From assembly GCA_964016885.1 (NCBI GenBank), contig OZ024746.1, positions 45,384,001-45,448,000 on the forward strand: a DNA stretch of 64,000 nt, in the 5' to 3' direction. The notes below the pieces were generated by a model. That model saw only the letters and a program-made list of their open reading frames with translations. It was not told the origin of the DNA and searched no databases. Origin of the DNA: Eledone cirrhosa (taxonomy: Eukaryota). The position numbers and the translations under genes are program-made. Positions 15,199 to 29,829 of this stretch are shown here, one piece after another; the first letter of the stretch is position 1; every line of letters begins with the position of its first letter.

Positions 15199-15742
15199 AG
15201 TATGTACACGTACATACATATATGTGTTCAGACGTACAGTAGTATGTATATATATATACATACATGCACACATATATTTATGTACGTATGGATTCACCGA
15301 ACATTTATTATAATGCTCGGTGTCTTTGTAAACAAACATCCCGTATTAAGCCGTAGTGTCCAGCAACCATCGTTGCTCGTTTGTTCAACACTGACAAAGG
15401 AACGCTGTACTAGTTTCAAGCTTATTAGCTATCGTCAGCAACGTATACCTTCCTGCCAGATTGATGAACGTATATACTTACCTTATGCATATTAACGGCT
15501 GAGTAGCCCAATTTGCATATCGAGTGGGTTAATCGGCCGGGTGCACCGAAAACGATAAACGGAAAAAATGAAACGAAATTTCATTTCCCACTCTTAGTAC
15601 GGCTGTTACTTAAATATAAGTATGTACACGTACATACATATATGTATACAGACGTACAGTAGTATGCATATATATATATATACATACATGCACACATATA
15701 TATATGCACGTATGGATTAACCGAACATTTATTATAATGCTC
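15197..15742 (-). mobile_element. Diverged member of the 466-bp hammerhead family (about 420-bp unit plus partial repeat)
   Basis: Colinear homology with the unit (tgttcaacactgac, tactagtttcaagctt, ttaacggctgag, atttgcatat, aaacgaaatttcattt, actcttagta). The start at 15197 recurs at about 15616. Confidence 0.85.
15402..15444 (-). ncRNA. Minimal type I hammerhead ribozyme (diverged copy)
   Basis: ACGUUG-CUGACGA-UAGCUAAUAAGCUU-GAAA-CUAG-UA/CAGCGU. Confidence 0.85.
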
Positions 15743-15745
15743 TTA

Positions 15746-15885
15746 TGAGTGAAAAGTCTGTCCTTTTGAATTACATGTATAACTCATTTGCCAGCTGAGT
15801 TGGACTGGTGCAATATACTCAGAGAATCAAACTCCTGACTTTACAGTTGTGAGCTAAACATCCTAATCAATAAACCACACACCTT
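15746..15885 (-). mobile_element. Truncated tRNA/CORE-type SINE
   Basis: Reverse complement of 63196-63353; contains agtccaactcagctggcaaatgag. Confidence 0.65.
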
Positions 15886-15895
15886 TATATATATA

Positions 15896-16537
15896 GAAGA
15901 AATTAGGAATAAGAGGGATCAGATTTTGTTTACTCGAGAGAAGACTACATTGGTACGGTCACGTGATGCGCATGAAAGACGACAACTGTATAAAAAAGTG
16001 CAGGGCGATAAAAATAGATGGTAGCCACGGAGTAGGCAGACCCAGAAAAACCTGGGACGACTTGATAAATTCCGACCTCACACACTTACACCTCTCCAAG
16101 ACAATGTCACTGGACCGAGATCTTTGGCGCTACACAGTTATACAGAAGACCCGCCTTGCCTAAGTACAAAGCGAAACCTACAGTCAGTAGGCACCTCTAA
16201 CAAAATACACCCACATCCCACTACCCCCACCCCATCCACACCACCCCCTAAAACCTGAAATTATGTTGGTACCACAACATCCAGTCCAAATCAAATGAGG
16301 TCGTGTAGGTGTCACGACAAAAAACACACAGTCCACGCTGTAATGTGGCCGTGTAGGTAACACGGTAAAAACCTCCCAGTCCACACTGTAAACGTGGTTG
16401 GTGTTAGGAAGGGCATCCAGCCGTAGAAAACCCGCCAGACAGTCCTGAGCAAGACAACCAATCTTGCCTCAAGTGGACAATTTCCGTCCAGATCCATGCT
16501 AGCGTGGAAAATGGACGTTAAACGATGATGATGATGA

Positions 16538-16540
<3 letters not shown>
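15896..16540 (+). mobile_element. RTE-type LINE 3' end
   Basis: LGIRGI...RRLHWYGHVMRM...GRPRKTW; 3' UTR with ggaagggcatccagc ending in (GAT)n; homologous to 46785-47475. Confidence 0.85.
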
Positions 16541-16579
<39 letters not shown>

Positions 16580-17029
16580 TACATATATGCATACATATAT
16601 ATATATTTATATATTATATATTATGAAATACTGTGTGCTTCTTGCTCATAATAATTTCTATACTTTTCATTTATATATATTTATATATATACATATATAT
16701 ATGTATGTATATATATATTATCATCATCATCATCATAAATATATTCCAGGATTTTACATATTTCTTTGTCATTCCTAATTTTAAAATTTTCTTTTCAAGT
16801 TGGAATTCCTATGTCTTTCTTTTTTCAAGCTTCTAAAATGTGAATTACTTTATATTTTAATTTCATATTTCATATTTGTCTTCTTTCTTTCTATCTATAA
16901 ATTTCTATAACCACCTTTTCCTCTACTGGATTCAAAAGCCTACTTTTCCATAGTAAAAATTGATTGATTTTAATTTGTATCTTACTCTTTTGTTTTATAT
17001 ATTTATATATGTGTCTGTGTGCAAGTGTG

Positions 17030-17037
17030 TGTGAGTC

Positions 17038-17113
<76 letters not shown>

Positions 17114-17345
17114 TATAAATATATGTATATATACAAATCTATATATGTATGTGTGTGTGTTTATATGTATATATATATATATATATGTATGTATATATAT
17201 ATATATGTATGTATATATATATGTATTTATATATATATATATATGTGCATATATATATATATATATAAATATATATACATATGTATATATATATATATTC
17301 ATGTGCGTGTGTATAGATATATATATGTATGTATACATATATATG
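17030..17345. repeat. (GT)/(AT) microsatellite
   Basis: Direct reading. Confidence 0.95.
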
Positions 17346-18064
17346 GTAGTGTGCACTGCATAGAAGCAGCATTCAATTAAAGGCCCATTATCAGCTAGGA
17401 TGGACTAGTTTCATATCTAATTTTATCGACTCGTTAACTTATGACTATCATTAGAAGCTAGTGGAAGAAATATTGAAAGAGTAGAGTTTTCACTTGTGCA
17501 TTACTATGCGCTAGAAGAAAATGTTAAGAGCAAAATGTTCATGATATGGAACTCGGTCAGCCAGTCTACTGCATGACAATTTAAATTTCTTCTATTTCGA
17601 TTTTACCTGGAATTCTGTAATAGATGAGATAACAATTGTTTATAATGAGGAGAAGTAGAATGTAGTAGATAAGGGTGTTGATAATGTGAAAATAATCTTA
17701 TATGATGATATTTTCTCATGGCAAAGCATACGACTGATTGTTTTTGTACTGGGAGGTGTATAGTTGATTGAATTCGGTAGAATATATTGCTCTATGTATT
17801 CTGTTGATCCTGAAAATGATAATGTGTAAATTGAAAACCTGCAATATTTGGACTGAAAATCAAGATATAATTCTACAATATACTACTAGCTTTATCAATT
17901 ATACAGTTATAAATATACAGCTATGTCAAGTCCATTATTTGGTTGCTGCTTTATTTCATTGATTTCAGAAATATGAATAACAAAGTTGACCCTGGCGAGA
18001 TCTAAATTAGAACATAAACAACAACAAGATACAACAAGAATAAAATAATAAGTAGCATAAACTA

Positions 18065-18230
18065 TTGTAACAAACATATCGATCGCTTCTGATTAAATTA
18101 TTGATCATAATGACATAGAAAAACTGTCAAAATATAAGGATCTTGAAATAAAAACAAACAATATGTGCAAGTAGAAAGAAAAATCTGTTCCAATGATAAT
18201 TGGATTATAAGGTGAAAAGAGAAGTAGTGA
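18065..18230 (+). mobile_element. RLE-type (R4/Dong-like) non-LTR endonuclease fragment
   Basis: Translates to IEKLSKYKDLEIK..M...SVPMIIG, the typical RLE tail. Confidence 0.6.
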
Positions 18231-19559
18231 TAAATAGAACTAACAGTGCCGAACAAAAGAGGAAAAAAGATAGGATCCTAAAAATAGAAGATAATCCCTA
18301 CAGAGTGATTTGAGGCACTTCAAATAAAACTCAAAATTGACATACTGACGTAAATGACCCTGCAAGTGCATGTGTACACCCCAGGCGCTTTTGTCACCCT
18401 GCACACATCTCAGATATGTTTGCACACTGTTGACACCATCACAACCAAGTCTTTTGTCTGCAGAGTTTATCCCAAAGTTGTAATGTCCCACTTTATCAAG
18501 CTAAAAACTTTTGTAAAGTATCCGTAACATCTGACTGGAAATTATTCCAGATGAGAATAGTCAGACTGTTGTTACCATCATATCATACTAGAATTTCTTT
18601 AGATGTGGCTCAGCAATATCTGCACATGATCTGTAATGGCATCCCAAGATCTCCTTGAAATGGGCATAAGCAACTAATGAACCAAAAGTACATATATTCT
18701 ATCTGGCCAAGCATTTCAAAGAACAAGGGATGATGTGATTTCTTAACACTTGTTCAGATTCACACATTTTGCGAGTTATGGAGTTCATTAGATTGATCCC
18801 ACTATTTGAATAGTATGTTATCTAATTTGAATAGATACAAGTCAAGGTTGAACGTAGACATACAATTGACCTAACACATTTAAAACAACAAAAATGCCAG
18901 GTATAAAGAACAGAATTTAAATCAGTAAATTCTATTGACCAACGAAGTACCTCCCAAGGATAAAATTGAGCAGAATAGCCACAACAATAAAAACGGAAGC
19001 CATTGCAGATTATTAAAGCAGACATGAATAGCAAACAACCACCACCATCATTATCATCATCCCCACCACAGTCATACTTTTATGCTCACTTTTTCAGGTG
19101 AAACATAAAAATGCATGACACAAATATATCAATTACATAGGAAAGCAAATATTCCTTCACATCTGTTCATAATATTATCAATATTCAATCAAACAATATA
19201 TTAAAAATTATATAGAAAAATTCAAAGTAAAAGAAAAAAAATCTTTCAAACCGAAATGAAATCAATAGTGAAAAGAAATATTTAAAAGAAAGCGAGAAAT
19301 ACTATAGAAATATAATATTATGAGGAAAAGTTAAGTATCTGAAATAAAATACTGTCTGAAATAATAGATACACACTAAATCACAAAGAACTGGTCGGTAT
19401 TGAAAGTGACAGTGATTCTTTGAACAGAACAAACAATTTGACTCCAGCACAAATGAATATATACAGAACTAAGTAAAAATAAATATAAATTAATGCAGCA
19501 CCAATGACAAGAGAAGTAAAAGATTTATCAGTCAGAGTATAAACAAAGAAGGGATAACG

Positions 19560-20890
19560 CCAGAAAATGAAGTCAATACCTGAACAATTATTAGAGGTAA
19601 TGCTAAAACAAATAATTTGAAACTATCAATAAAAGTTTTAATTCAAACTCTTTCATTAAATTATTAAACAGGGATACATGCGATGTTAGCAAGGATGTTT
19701 AGTAAAGTACCTAAGGAGAAAGAAACAACACCTGACTGGCTCTTTGAGGGGAAACGATCATAATTCCCATGATTAAAGAAAAGGCAACCCTTAAAATCGA
19801 CAAGCCTATATCTTACCTTGTTACTGCTTACTGCAAAAAAGTATATTTCCAAAAGAAAAAATGAATACCAAAAAGGAACTTGTGAAGGCATATATAGCTG
19901 TAAAGATCAATTAGTGATCAACATATCCATTATCGAAGATTGTAAAAGAAGGAAGATGTGCCTGTGCATAGCATGGACTGACAATCAAAATAGTTTTCCC
20001 AATGTTATCCTTATATGGATACATTAGCAATACATAATGTAGCACAAATAATAAATAGTTGCATAAACAATGTAATCTGTTACTGACAAATAATTCTACA
20101 AAAACAGACTACAGTTAGAATTACAAAACCAATATGCCCTCCCTTCCCACATTTCTTTAAATCTTGGTATTAAGTCCTGTAATTAATATATTCAACCAGA
20201 CTGGATGCATATGTTCATAACCACAAATTACAATAATGGCAACATACAGATGAAAGAATCTGACACCAGGTGTAGATAACACAGTCATTATAATTATTTC
20301 AAGCTGTGCATTTCCTGCAAAAATGAGTATATCTACATACTTGAGACAGCTATATCTAACTGGCAATATGTTGACTCACTTTCACATGTAAAAATGAATA
20401 ACAACTGCTATAAACATGTAACTACATGATTTATGATAATCATTTGGCTGCAATCATCTAGGTCCTAGATTCTAGGACATGTCTGTTATAATTAACATCA
20501 AGGCAAATTGACCAGATATCAAGAAGATGAATGAAAATATCTCTACACTAGGGGACATTTCAATCTCTTCTGACTAAAGCATTGATATTCTGGGATTATG
20601 ATTTTTCAGACTGATAGAGTAATTGAGCAGCACCAACTGGGCATTGTCGTATTGAACAACAAAGACAAATGCTGTCAGATCATAGATATAGCCATACCAA
20701 ATGACATTAATAGTGCGAGTAAAGAGGTTGAAAAGATCACAAAATAGTCCAAATTGAAGGTGGAGATGACATGTTTGTTTGGAATGCAAGAGGGTATTAA
20801 GAAAGTGACACCAGTTGTGAACGAGGCATTAGGGTTAATGTGAGAAAAAAAGTTAGCCTTGCTATGCACTGCACAAATTTTCAAGATTTA
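19560..20890 (+). mobile_element. Degenerate R4/Dong-like non-LTR fragments (RT and RLE)
   Basis: YQKGTCEGIYSCKDQLVIN..IIEDCKRRK..L.IAWTD; later IDIAIPNDIN...KEVEKITK. Confidence 0.6.
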
Positions 20891-21000
20891 TATTATCTGT
20901 TTGAGGCCCTTATTGTATTTTGAGAGATGATGCATTTTCCTTCTACACTGCATGATGTAGTAGTAGTAGTAGTAGTAGTAATAGTAGTAGTAGTAGTAAA

Positions 21001-21190
21001 TAATTGTTTCTACTTTTGGCACAAGGCCAGCAATTATCCCAGTATATTTCTGGTACTTTATTTTATTGACCCCGTTAGGATGAAAGGCAAACTTAACCTC
21101 AGCGGGATTTGAACTCAGACCATAAAGGGACGTAACTATGCTGGAAAGCATGGCGTCCGACCCTCTACCGATACTGCCAATCCACCGCCC
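21001..21190 (-). mobile_element. Meta-domain tRNA-SINE, full length
   Basis: ggcggtggattggcagtatcgg head, gagttcaaatccc B-box-like motif, gcctttcatcc...ggggtcaataaaataaagtacca Meta-like core. Confidence 0.85.
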
Positions 21191-21429
21191 TTAACCTTTA
21201 GTTAATAATGATAAATAAAGTGTAATTCAAATTTATATTCAATTTTATTTTAATTGATTTCATTTCAATTTATTTCACTTTATTTCATTTCTTCTACCAA
21301 CATACGATGTTGGTCTTGCTTCTCTCACACCCACTACTTTCTCTCTCTGGGCTATTATGCTCTCTACTAGGTGTATCTGTTGTTTTTGCTTCTTACTGTA
21401 CCTACAACACAGTTCCTTAATCTGCATCT

Positions 21430-23500
21430 CTCTTGACTGAACTATGGAAAAACTGAAGTTGGAACTAAAGAAAGCCAACAAATGGAAATCCTCTGACATT
21501 GATAAAGTGCCAAACTTCTGGATATCTTCTCTAACTGCTTCCATGATATGTTAGTAAAATGTTATAACGTAATTATGCACAAACCTGAGAAAATTCCTGA
21601 TTGGTTTGCACAAGGTATAATATATCTCTAGCCAAAATCGACAGAAACAAATATTCTATAACATTATCGTCTTATCACTTGCCTTCCAACATCATATCAA
21701 ATTCTCACCCTAATCTTGACTGTGATAACCTACAAAATTATGGATGAAAATCACCTTTTCCCAATTGAGCAGAAATGGTGTCACTGTGTGTCTTATGGAT
21801 GCACAGACCAACTTCTCAATAACTGTATGATTCTGGAAAACTGTCATAACAATCACAGAAGTTTGAGTACTGCTTGGATTGACTATCAGAAAGCATTTGA
21901 TAGTGTTCTCCACTTATGGATTTTGAAAAGTTTGAATTTTCTGAAAATTCCCCCAATATTATCAAACTTCCTGAAATACAACATGTCTATATGGAATAGA
22001 AATAATAATAATAATAATAATAATTAATAATTGTTTCTACTTTTGGCACAAGGCCAACAATTAAATCAGTGAATTACTGGTACTTTATTTTATTGACCCC
22101 ATAAGGATGAAAGGCAAAGTTAACCTCGGCGGGATTTGAACTCAGACCATAAAGGGCCGTAACACTTTGCTGCAAAGCATGGCGTCGGACCCTCTACCGA
22201 TACTGCCAATGCACAATAATAATTAATAATAATAATAATAATACACAGAACTAGACCAGAGTATAAGTGCTACAACAAAATTAACTATCTCCTATATATG
22301 GATGATCTAAAGTTGTGTGCTGCAGATGAAAGACAATCACAGCACAAGATCAAAGTATCCTCACCAAAAGTACATAATGAAGTAGAACACAGTAACTGCT
22401 AAATATGTGGGGTGTGGAAGAAACAATTAACCACATTATCTTTAGTTGCCCAGTCTCACCCAGAAAAAATATATTATCAGACATGATAGAGTTGGAATTT
22501 ACATACACTGGAAGTTATGCCAACATTATGAAATACCAACAGAAGAATATGGCACAAGCACACACCAAAAAAAGGTACCAGAGATTAACAAAACAAGCAG
22601 TCTCTGGGATATGTCAATTCACAAACAGAGAGACCAAAGCCAACTGACCGGATAATAAAACAAAACCACAAAGAAAGCAAATGTCTGCTGATTGATGTAT
22701 CTACAATATATCTACCAAGAAATGAAAAAACTATCCAAATATAAACACCTAGAGATAGAAATACCTTGAATATGGATGATGAAAACAGGAAGAATACCTA
22801 TAAGAATGCTATGAGAATAATTAAAAAAACACAGTGACAGATACGTAACCAGGAGCCTACATATATATATACAGCATACAAACATATTAGTACTCAAAGC
22901 TCTGAACTAATATTACAAAGAGTACTTTCAATAAAATAGAAACATCACCACTTAAAACAACATTGTGCATAGCTAAAGTGCTCAGAGCTGGGCTCAGTAA
23001 TGCAGTAATGATATGTGAGTAAAATAATAATGAAATAATAATAATAATAATAACAATGACGATGAAGATTATGAAGATGATAACAATAACAACAAGAAAA
23101 ATTGAAATAAAATTCAAATTAGAAAAATGTGCCAAGGCAAATTTGAAAAGAGGAAAAACTAATTAAGAACACAAATATCATGCTAGATAAAGAAACTAAG
23201 ATACGATAATTAGAACAAACACAGACATACAAATACACAGAAATCGGTGACCTAGACAATGCACATCACACACACAAATGAAAGGAAAGGTTAGTATGAA
23301 ACATTATGGATGCAATAGATTAATACTTAAAGCAGAGCTAATTTAATTTTTTTTAAATAGTAGACAAAAATATTCTAGCTGTCTCAGAAATACTTGTAGA
23401 TATAATATTCTTAATTAGATGCTAAAAGAACTAACGAGACTATCAGTAAAACGTGGAAAATATAACCAGAATACAACACTGTGATGGAGAAAAATTATAT
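21430..23500 (+). mobile_element. Degenerate R4/Dong-like non-LTR retrotransposon (RT, CCHC, RLE) interrupted by a SINE
   Basis: EQKWC...YGCTDQLL.N.MILENC...LSTAWIDYQKAFDSV.H.WI; YLLYMDDLKL; CGVEETINHIIFSC; YIIRHDRV..YIHWKLC; KKLSKYKHLEIEI. Confidence 0.8.
22028..22210 (-). mobile_element. Meta-domain SINE
   Basis: Same family as 21001-21190; inserted in an (AAT)n run. Confidence 0.85.
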
Positions 23501-23879
23501 CCATAATAAAAATATAAAATGAGGGCCTTATGTAGCAAGAAAACTTTCTAAAATATCAACTGTAGCACACATTTTTTTTGCATTCATTGTTACCTAAAAC
23601 ACAAACATATTCAATTTGTTTAATTGTCTCATGGCAAGCATTGCCCAAATAGATCCTAAACAGATCCTATAAGGCTATAAAGCAGTTTTTACATGAGTTG
23701 GCATCTTCCAAATTGGCATCAAATGTTTTAAATACTAAGAATATGTACTTAAAATAAACTGGATAATTAGATTGAAAAATAATCTCAATTGTATGTTTTT
23801 CATTTCACTCAGCATTCTCAAACATACCAAATCAGAATGTTCATCATTATCAATGAAGAACACATTGGGTAATATAGTC

Positions 23880-25270
23880 ATCTTCGTTTTTACATCCGCT
23901 TTTTCATGCTTGCATCAATTGGACGGGTCCATCTCAACATGGTATCTCTCCACTTGTCGCATTCCTTTGTCATCTCCTCTGCCACTCTGCTCACGCAACC
24001 TCTGCTCTAGTCTTTCTTGGTCATCTTCTATTGTGGCTTCCTTCCACTGGGATTTCCTGGCATTTTGTCAACCATTGGTCATTGTCCATACCAACGCAGT
24101 CTTCTCTCCTGCACACCATCTCAGATTCCCCTTAAAACCAGCTTCTCACTCAGCTCGTCTAAGCTCTGTCTTTCTCTAATATTTACATTGCACATCCAGT
24201 CTCTGCATGTCTTTTGCAGTCAAAGCCCTTGTTTCACTACCATGCAGCATCATGCACTGCACTCAGGCATCATATAACCTTTATTTTGTACGTAGGGAGA
24301 AACCTTTTGATGTCAGCAGTAGGAGCAGTTCTCTAAACTTCTTCCATTCTATTCTTATTCTAGCTATTTTACTCTCAGTATGCCCTCCTCCATTGCTAAT
24401 TAGGTTACCTAGATAGCAGAATCTATCAACCACATCTATAGCTCCTTCATGTGACTGGAAAAGGTTTATATCATTAGCACTTTTCCTCTCAATTTCATTT
24501 GTGCATCTTCTACAAGCAAAGTTCTCCCTTCCCATTAGTCTACTTGTTATCCCCCTACATCTTTTGTTCGGCAAAGATTTACATTGTGTACATTGTATGT
24601 AGTTTATGCTTACACCTTTTCTGTATATTGAGCATGGCCACTTCCCTGAGGGTATCTGGGTCCTATCTTCTCTCCTACTCACTAGCACTTTAGGTTTGGC
24701 TAAGTTTACTCTCAGCCCTTTTGATTCTAAATTCAGTTTCCATAAGCGGAATTAATTTACTAGCTTTTTTTTTGTTTCAGCTATCAGGACCAAATCATCT
24801 GCATAGAGAAGTTCCCATGGGCAGCCTATTTTAAACTCCTCTGTTATGGCCTGAAGAACTATGATTAACAGCAGTGGTCTAAGAACTGAACCTTGTACCT
24901 TGAATTCCTCGCTAAACTCATTTCCTACTCTCACTTTTCTGACAGCTTCTTTGTATATAACTTTCACTGCTCTGGCAAGCCATTCTTCTACACCTAGTTT
25001 CCTTAAGAACCACCAGATAATAGATTGAGATATTCTGCCAAATGCTAAATATAGTGGTTTACTTTTGGCTAGGAACTTCTTGTAGCAGCCTTACTAAGAA
25101 GAGAGCATATGTAGTACATTTCTTAGGCATGAAACCAAACTGCATCTCATCTATTTTGACACTTTTCCTAATTTGCTGTGCTATAACTCTTTCTGTCACT
25201 TTCATAACTAGCTGTGATAAAATGTTTTGAAGTAATAAGATGCTCACAGCTGGAAGATCTTTAGCCATAG
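23880..25270 (-). mobile_element. RTE-type LINE fragment with a PHD-like Cys insert
   Basis: MQFGFMP, QGSVL.PLL.IIVL, LLYADDL, KWPCSI.RKGV...IQCTQC...KRCRGI, FCYLG; multiple frameshifts. Confidence 0.85.
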
Positions 25271-25309
25271 CTTTTCCTGGTTAGGATTGACCTTCAATTA
25301 AGCAAATTC

Positions 25310-25507
25310 AACAAAAGCTACACCAATAATGTTCAAATGTATAGTACTATGCTGACAGGAATCCAAGAGTATGATGTTCCTGAAAAATTAATAACATAAA
25401 CCAATAAAAGCTATACTAATGGCATTCAAGTATATAGTACTTTGTCGACAGGAACCCAAGAATGTGACTTCCTTGAAAGATTATTAACAAAGGACCCACC
25501 AAAGCTA
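25310..25507. repeat. Diverged two-copy tandem duplication (unit about 93 bp)
   Basis: aaagcta...tatagtact...gacaggaa.ccaaga occurs twice. Confidence 0.55.
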
Positions 25508-26159
25508 GAGAAATCACAAGTAGCATGACTTGAACCTTTTAGGAACATAATCTTTAAAAGCCAAATGTTACAATGCATAAAGATAGTTTACAATCGATAG
25601 ATAATTTTAATATTCATCTATTTATCTAAATTCAGGCAACATTGAAATATTATATGCATTTGAATATTATATACATGTATAATAAAACAAATGGCAAAAA
25701 TGTAAAGGCTTTTAAGGTATCTCTTTATGTTGATTGTTGAGAGTTGATTAGAAAAAGACATCCTATTTGTAGAGTTGTAATTTGACTTATATAAATGCAG
25801 TTTTCTAAAGCTCCTTTTAAGGATGTTCTTCTATAATATAAATCTTTCTGGGTGCTTTAAACCATTTAGCTTAATGACCACCTATCAGAGGTTATTTAGC
25901 TCAATGGTTTAGATCTCTCAGCTGGCCACTTTTTTCTGTATATAGGGATATTTCATCCAACTTTCTAAGTTATTATTTATAGCAAATGACTTGGTTTACA
26001 GTTATTTTCGTCATTTGAGATATCTACATTTTCTAAAAATTATAAACGTTTCTGCTTTGTTTTACTTGATGACTCTTGGAAGGACCTGGTAACCATTTAG
26101 AGAAGCATAGCAGAAGGTAACACAATGATCTTGAGGAACATCATTATATATAGCTGCAC

Positions 26160-26280
26160 CATTCTGAGTTCAAATGCCGCCAAGGTTAACTTTGCCTTTC
26201 ATCCTTACGGGGTGGATAAAATAAAGTACCAGTAATGCACTGGGTATTTGCTGGCCTTGTGCCAAACGTAGAAACAATTA
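26160..26280 (+). mobile_element. Meta-domain SINE, 5'-truncated
   Basis: Family match. Confidence 0.85.
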
Positions 26281-27539
26281 TATATAGCTGCTCAAGAATT
26301 GATATGAGATGTGGAACTCAAGCTATTATCATTTGGTCATAATCATGACCATGATGATAATGAGCATGAAATGGAGGAGAGAAAATCAAGAAAATCTTAT
26401 TGTCACAATTAAAAATATTAGAGTGAAACTAGACTGATTAAATAATATACAATGACTAAATATTATATGTCTGAGTACATATGCAATCATCATCATCATT
26501 ACTTAATGTTAGGTTTTCCTGCTAGCCAGGGATGGATGGGTTGTCACAGGCGAAGCCAGTACTTAATCTGAAATACTGATTTCTCAGATAGGCAAGAACA
26601 TTGGTTGTAAAAAGTGTGTTATGTTATCAGAGTAAATATGTCATATAGCAGAATATATAACATTGAATGAAAAAAGAAGATTAAGAGGCAGACAACAAAA
26701 CATTTCTTAAAATATCAAATGTAATATTTTTTAAAGCTAAATTGTGTAATGTGGTATTTTGTAAGTTTGAATATGTATATGCTGCTGAATATATTCATCA
26801 CTAAAAATATGTGGCACGTTGTTTTGGTTGTTAATATTGTTTAGTCCAAGATCTGGTTTGCTCACATAGACCTATGACCAAAGGCACCCAACTGTGACTA
26901 TCTCACCTTTTCCCAGGTATATTATATATGTGAGGACATGCTCTTCTTTTCTGTCTTAAGAATGTGTTTTCAAGAAAATGTGGTAGCTATTTCAAACAGG
27001 TCAAACGATAGCAGAAAAATTCTCTCATTTACTTGTGTGAAACCTATTTGCCACAGCACAAAGTCTGGGTTAAGATATAACTTCATCAGCATATGTTAAA
27101 TTGCAATATAAACATTGGCTTTTGTTCAACAATGTATCAAATATTAACAACTTCTGGTTAGTTGATTAGATATGCATTTGTTTGGCTATGACAGTGGGTA
27201 GCTGAGTGGTTTGTAAATGGTTTGTCGGAATTGCCTGTATACAAAAGATGCTGTCAACACCATTTAATTTTATTTAGGTTTCAATATTGTGATTATTTTT
27301 ATAATTTGGTATTGAATTTGTTTTTCTTTCTTTTTTTGGTTTCATTTCCTTTTTCTTCTTCATATCTCTTTTTTTTCTCATTTCCTTTTGTTTCTACATT
27401 GCACTGAATCGATAGAAGTATGTGCTGAAAGTGTGTTAATTGTATTGTTAGCAACATTGCGACTTTCACTTGTCTTCTTCATAACATCTTGCTAGTTTAC
27501 TGCTATTGTTCATAATCAAGAACTAGCTATGCCTGTCGT

Positions 27540-28500
27540 TGTTATTGTTAGCATGAATAATGATAATGTTGATGATAACAAGGAGAAAATGATGAAGTTA
27601 TGCTTAATATTGATGATGATAAATGTAATAAGATGATGATATTAATGATGTTTACTATGATGACGATCATAAACACACATTGCTATTATGATGAAGTTCA
27701 AGATGATAATGATGGATATTATTATGACATCGAAGTTTTTAATGGTGATGATGGTGATTAGGATGATGATGAAAATAACGATGGTGGTGGCAGTAGTGGT
27801 GATGATGTTAGTAGTAGTAATGATCATTATCATGATAAGTATGCAAAGCTACCATCACTCATACTGTTGCTGCTACTATTTTAGTCACGATTATCATTAT
27901 CAACATAAATTGGGATGATAAAATACTGATGACTCTGCTGTTGCTACTGCTGATGTAGATGGATTTTGCACATCATAATAATCATGATGATGATGATAAT
28001 ACTGATGTTGGCGGTGGTGGTTGCAGTAGTGATTATGATAATGGTGATGGTAGTAGTGGTTGTTGACATGGTAGTAATAAGAATGATGATGATAATGATT
28101 ACATCAGTGATAACGATCATCATCACCACCATCACCATCATCAGCAGCATATTTCTGCTACTGATGATGATGATGTTGAGGAGGATGAGAGAGAAGAAGA
28201 AAAAATGGTGTGGGGGGAAGGGGGAAAGAGAAGAAGTAGAAGAGAATATAAACATTAATAAACGAAAATAGATGAGAATGATCATAAAGGCAGCTACAGA
28301 CATTTAAGACTAATTGTTATAATGATCATGACGATGATGCTGGTGAAGGTGGTGTTGAATGATGATGATAGAGATGATAGTGATGGCGATCGTTAGGATG
28401 GTGGTGGCAGTGCTGATGACAGTGGTCATGGTGGTGGTGACGATTGTGATATTTCAAATAGTGATAGTTAGACAGTTGATGATAATGATGCAGGTGGTAG
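27540..28500. repeat. Degenerate (GAT/GGT/CAT)n low-complexity region
   Basis: Direct reading. Confidence 0.85.
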
Positions 28501-29829
28501 CAAAATCAGTTTAAAAGTTGGTAAGAAAATGGAAGCAAAGGGATGAATTATATTTATAGTTGCACATGCTGCCTTTATAATTGTTATTAGAGTTTCATCA
28601 GTTCCTTCAATGCTATTATTGCTATAACCACTATTTCTATTATTACTGAATCTACTAGTTATAAAATAAGCTTTTATTATTGTGTTGTTGATATTTTGGT
28701 AGTTTTTATTGTTAAGCCAGCTTTTGAGTAGACCTTTACTCCTTTAGCATTTAAACTGGCCATATCCAACCAGAATTCTCTTGCTTCTTTCTGTTAAAAC
28801 CAGCTGTAACTGGCTGCTTACAATTATCTTAAGGTAATGTTCTCAAAATAAATAATATCAAAACCTTGTCAATACAATATTATATGAGATAATTATGTGA
28901 AATAAAGTGTTTGCCATGAAAATACAATAGTAAATATTGAGTAATGTAAATGCTAAATGGTTTAAAGCAAATTTTCATTCATGACATTTTGTCTATTTGT
29001 ATACCAGGGAGTTTTTCCAATGGTAGGTTTTGATTTGGCAATATTTGACTGCAACTTCTAACAGGCCAAGCAGCTAGTTAGAGTTTCCCTCATTGCCTTG
29101 TATGGTAATGGTCTTGTTGACATATAGCATATATACAAATTCACATTATTGTGAGAGGGAACAATTGATTAAATAGATTCCACAACTGGATTGTTATTAT
29201 TTTCATTCCACCTAGAGGAATGCAACTGCATACCACAACATTTCATCTGTCACTTTATCATTCTTTATAACAGTAATAATTAATATGATTTCTGATTTAG
29301 GCATACAACATGAGATCTAGGGGATAAAAGTATAATTACTTACCTATATTGAAGCCAGTACTTAATGTAAATGAGCTGATTGTCAGATCAAAGCAAAGAC
29401 ACTCATTTCTCTCATTTTGCAGGATTAAAGGTAGCATTGGTCCCAGCATGGAACACAAACATTAATGTTAGGCTTTTATCCATGATCGATTCTCCCATCT
29501 GAGGCTGTAATCATAACAATAATAATATGATCAATATCTCTATGAAGTACACATCCCCGACGGATGAATGCATCCAGCCAGAATGGGACAAAGGAAAAAC
29601 TAGTATTTGCAATAGAGCAATATAGCATCACCACTATGTCTTCAAACGAACATGCATAACCCATATAATAAAGATAAATATCACTTGGGAGCTGAATTTT
29701 CTGAAACAACAAACATATTGTACCAGAATATATACATTATATCCGACAAAATGTACTCGAGATCAAAATAAAGGAATTGACAAATTAATAAGAATAGACA
29801 CAGTCAATACTAGGAATGGTAAATATCTC

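Noticed and set aside
17560-17740. Pif1/Helitron helicase-like IFSHGKAY motif
   Set aside because: A single short match; spacing to the putative upstream motif is wrong and there is no supporting ORF.
27642-28303. Hydrophobic Met/Ile/Val-rich ORFs resembling membrane proteins (also 44161-44984)
   Set aside because: Products of degenerate trinucleotide repeats.
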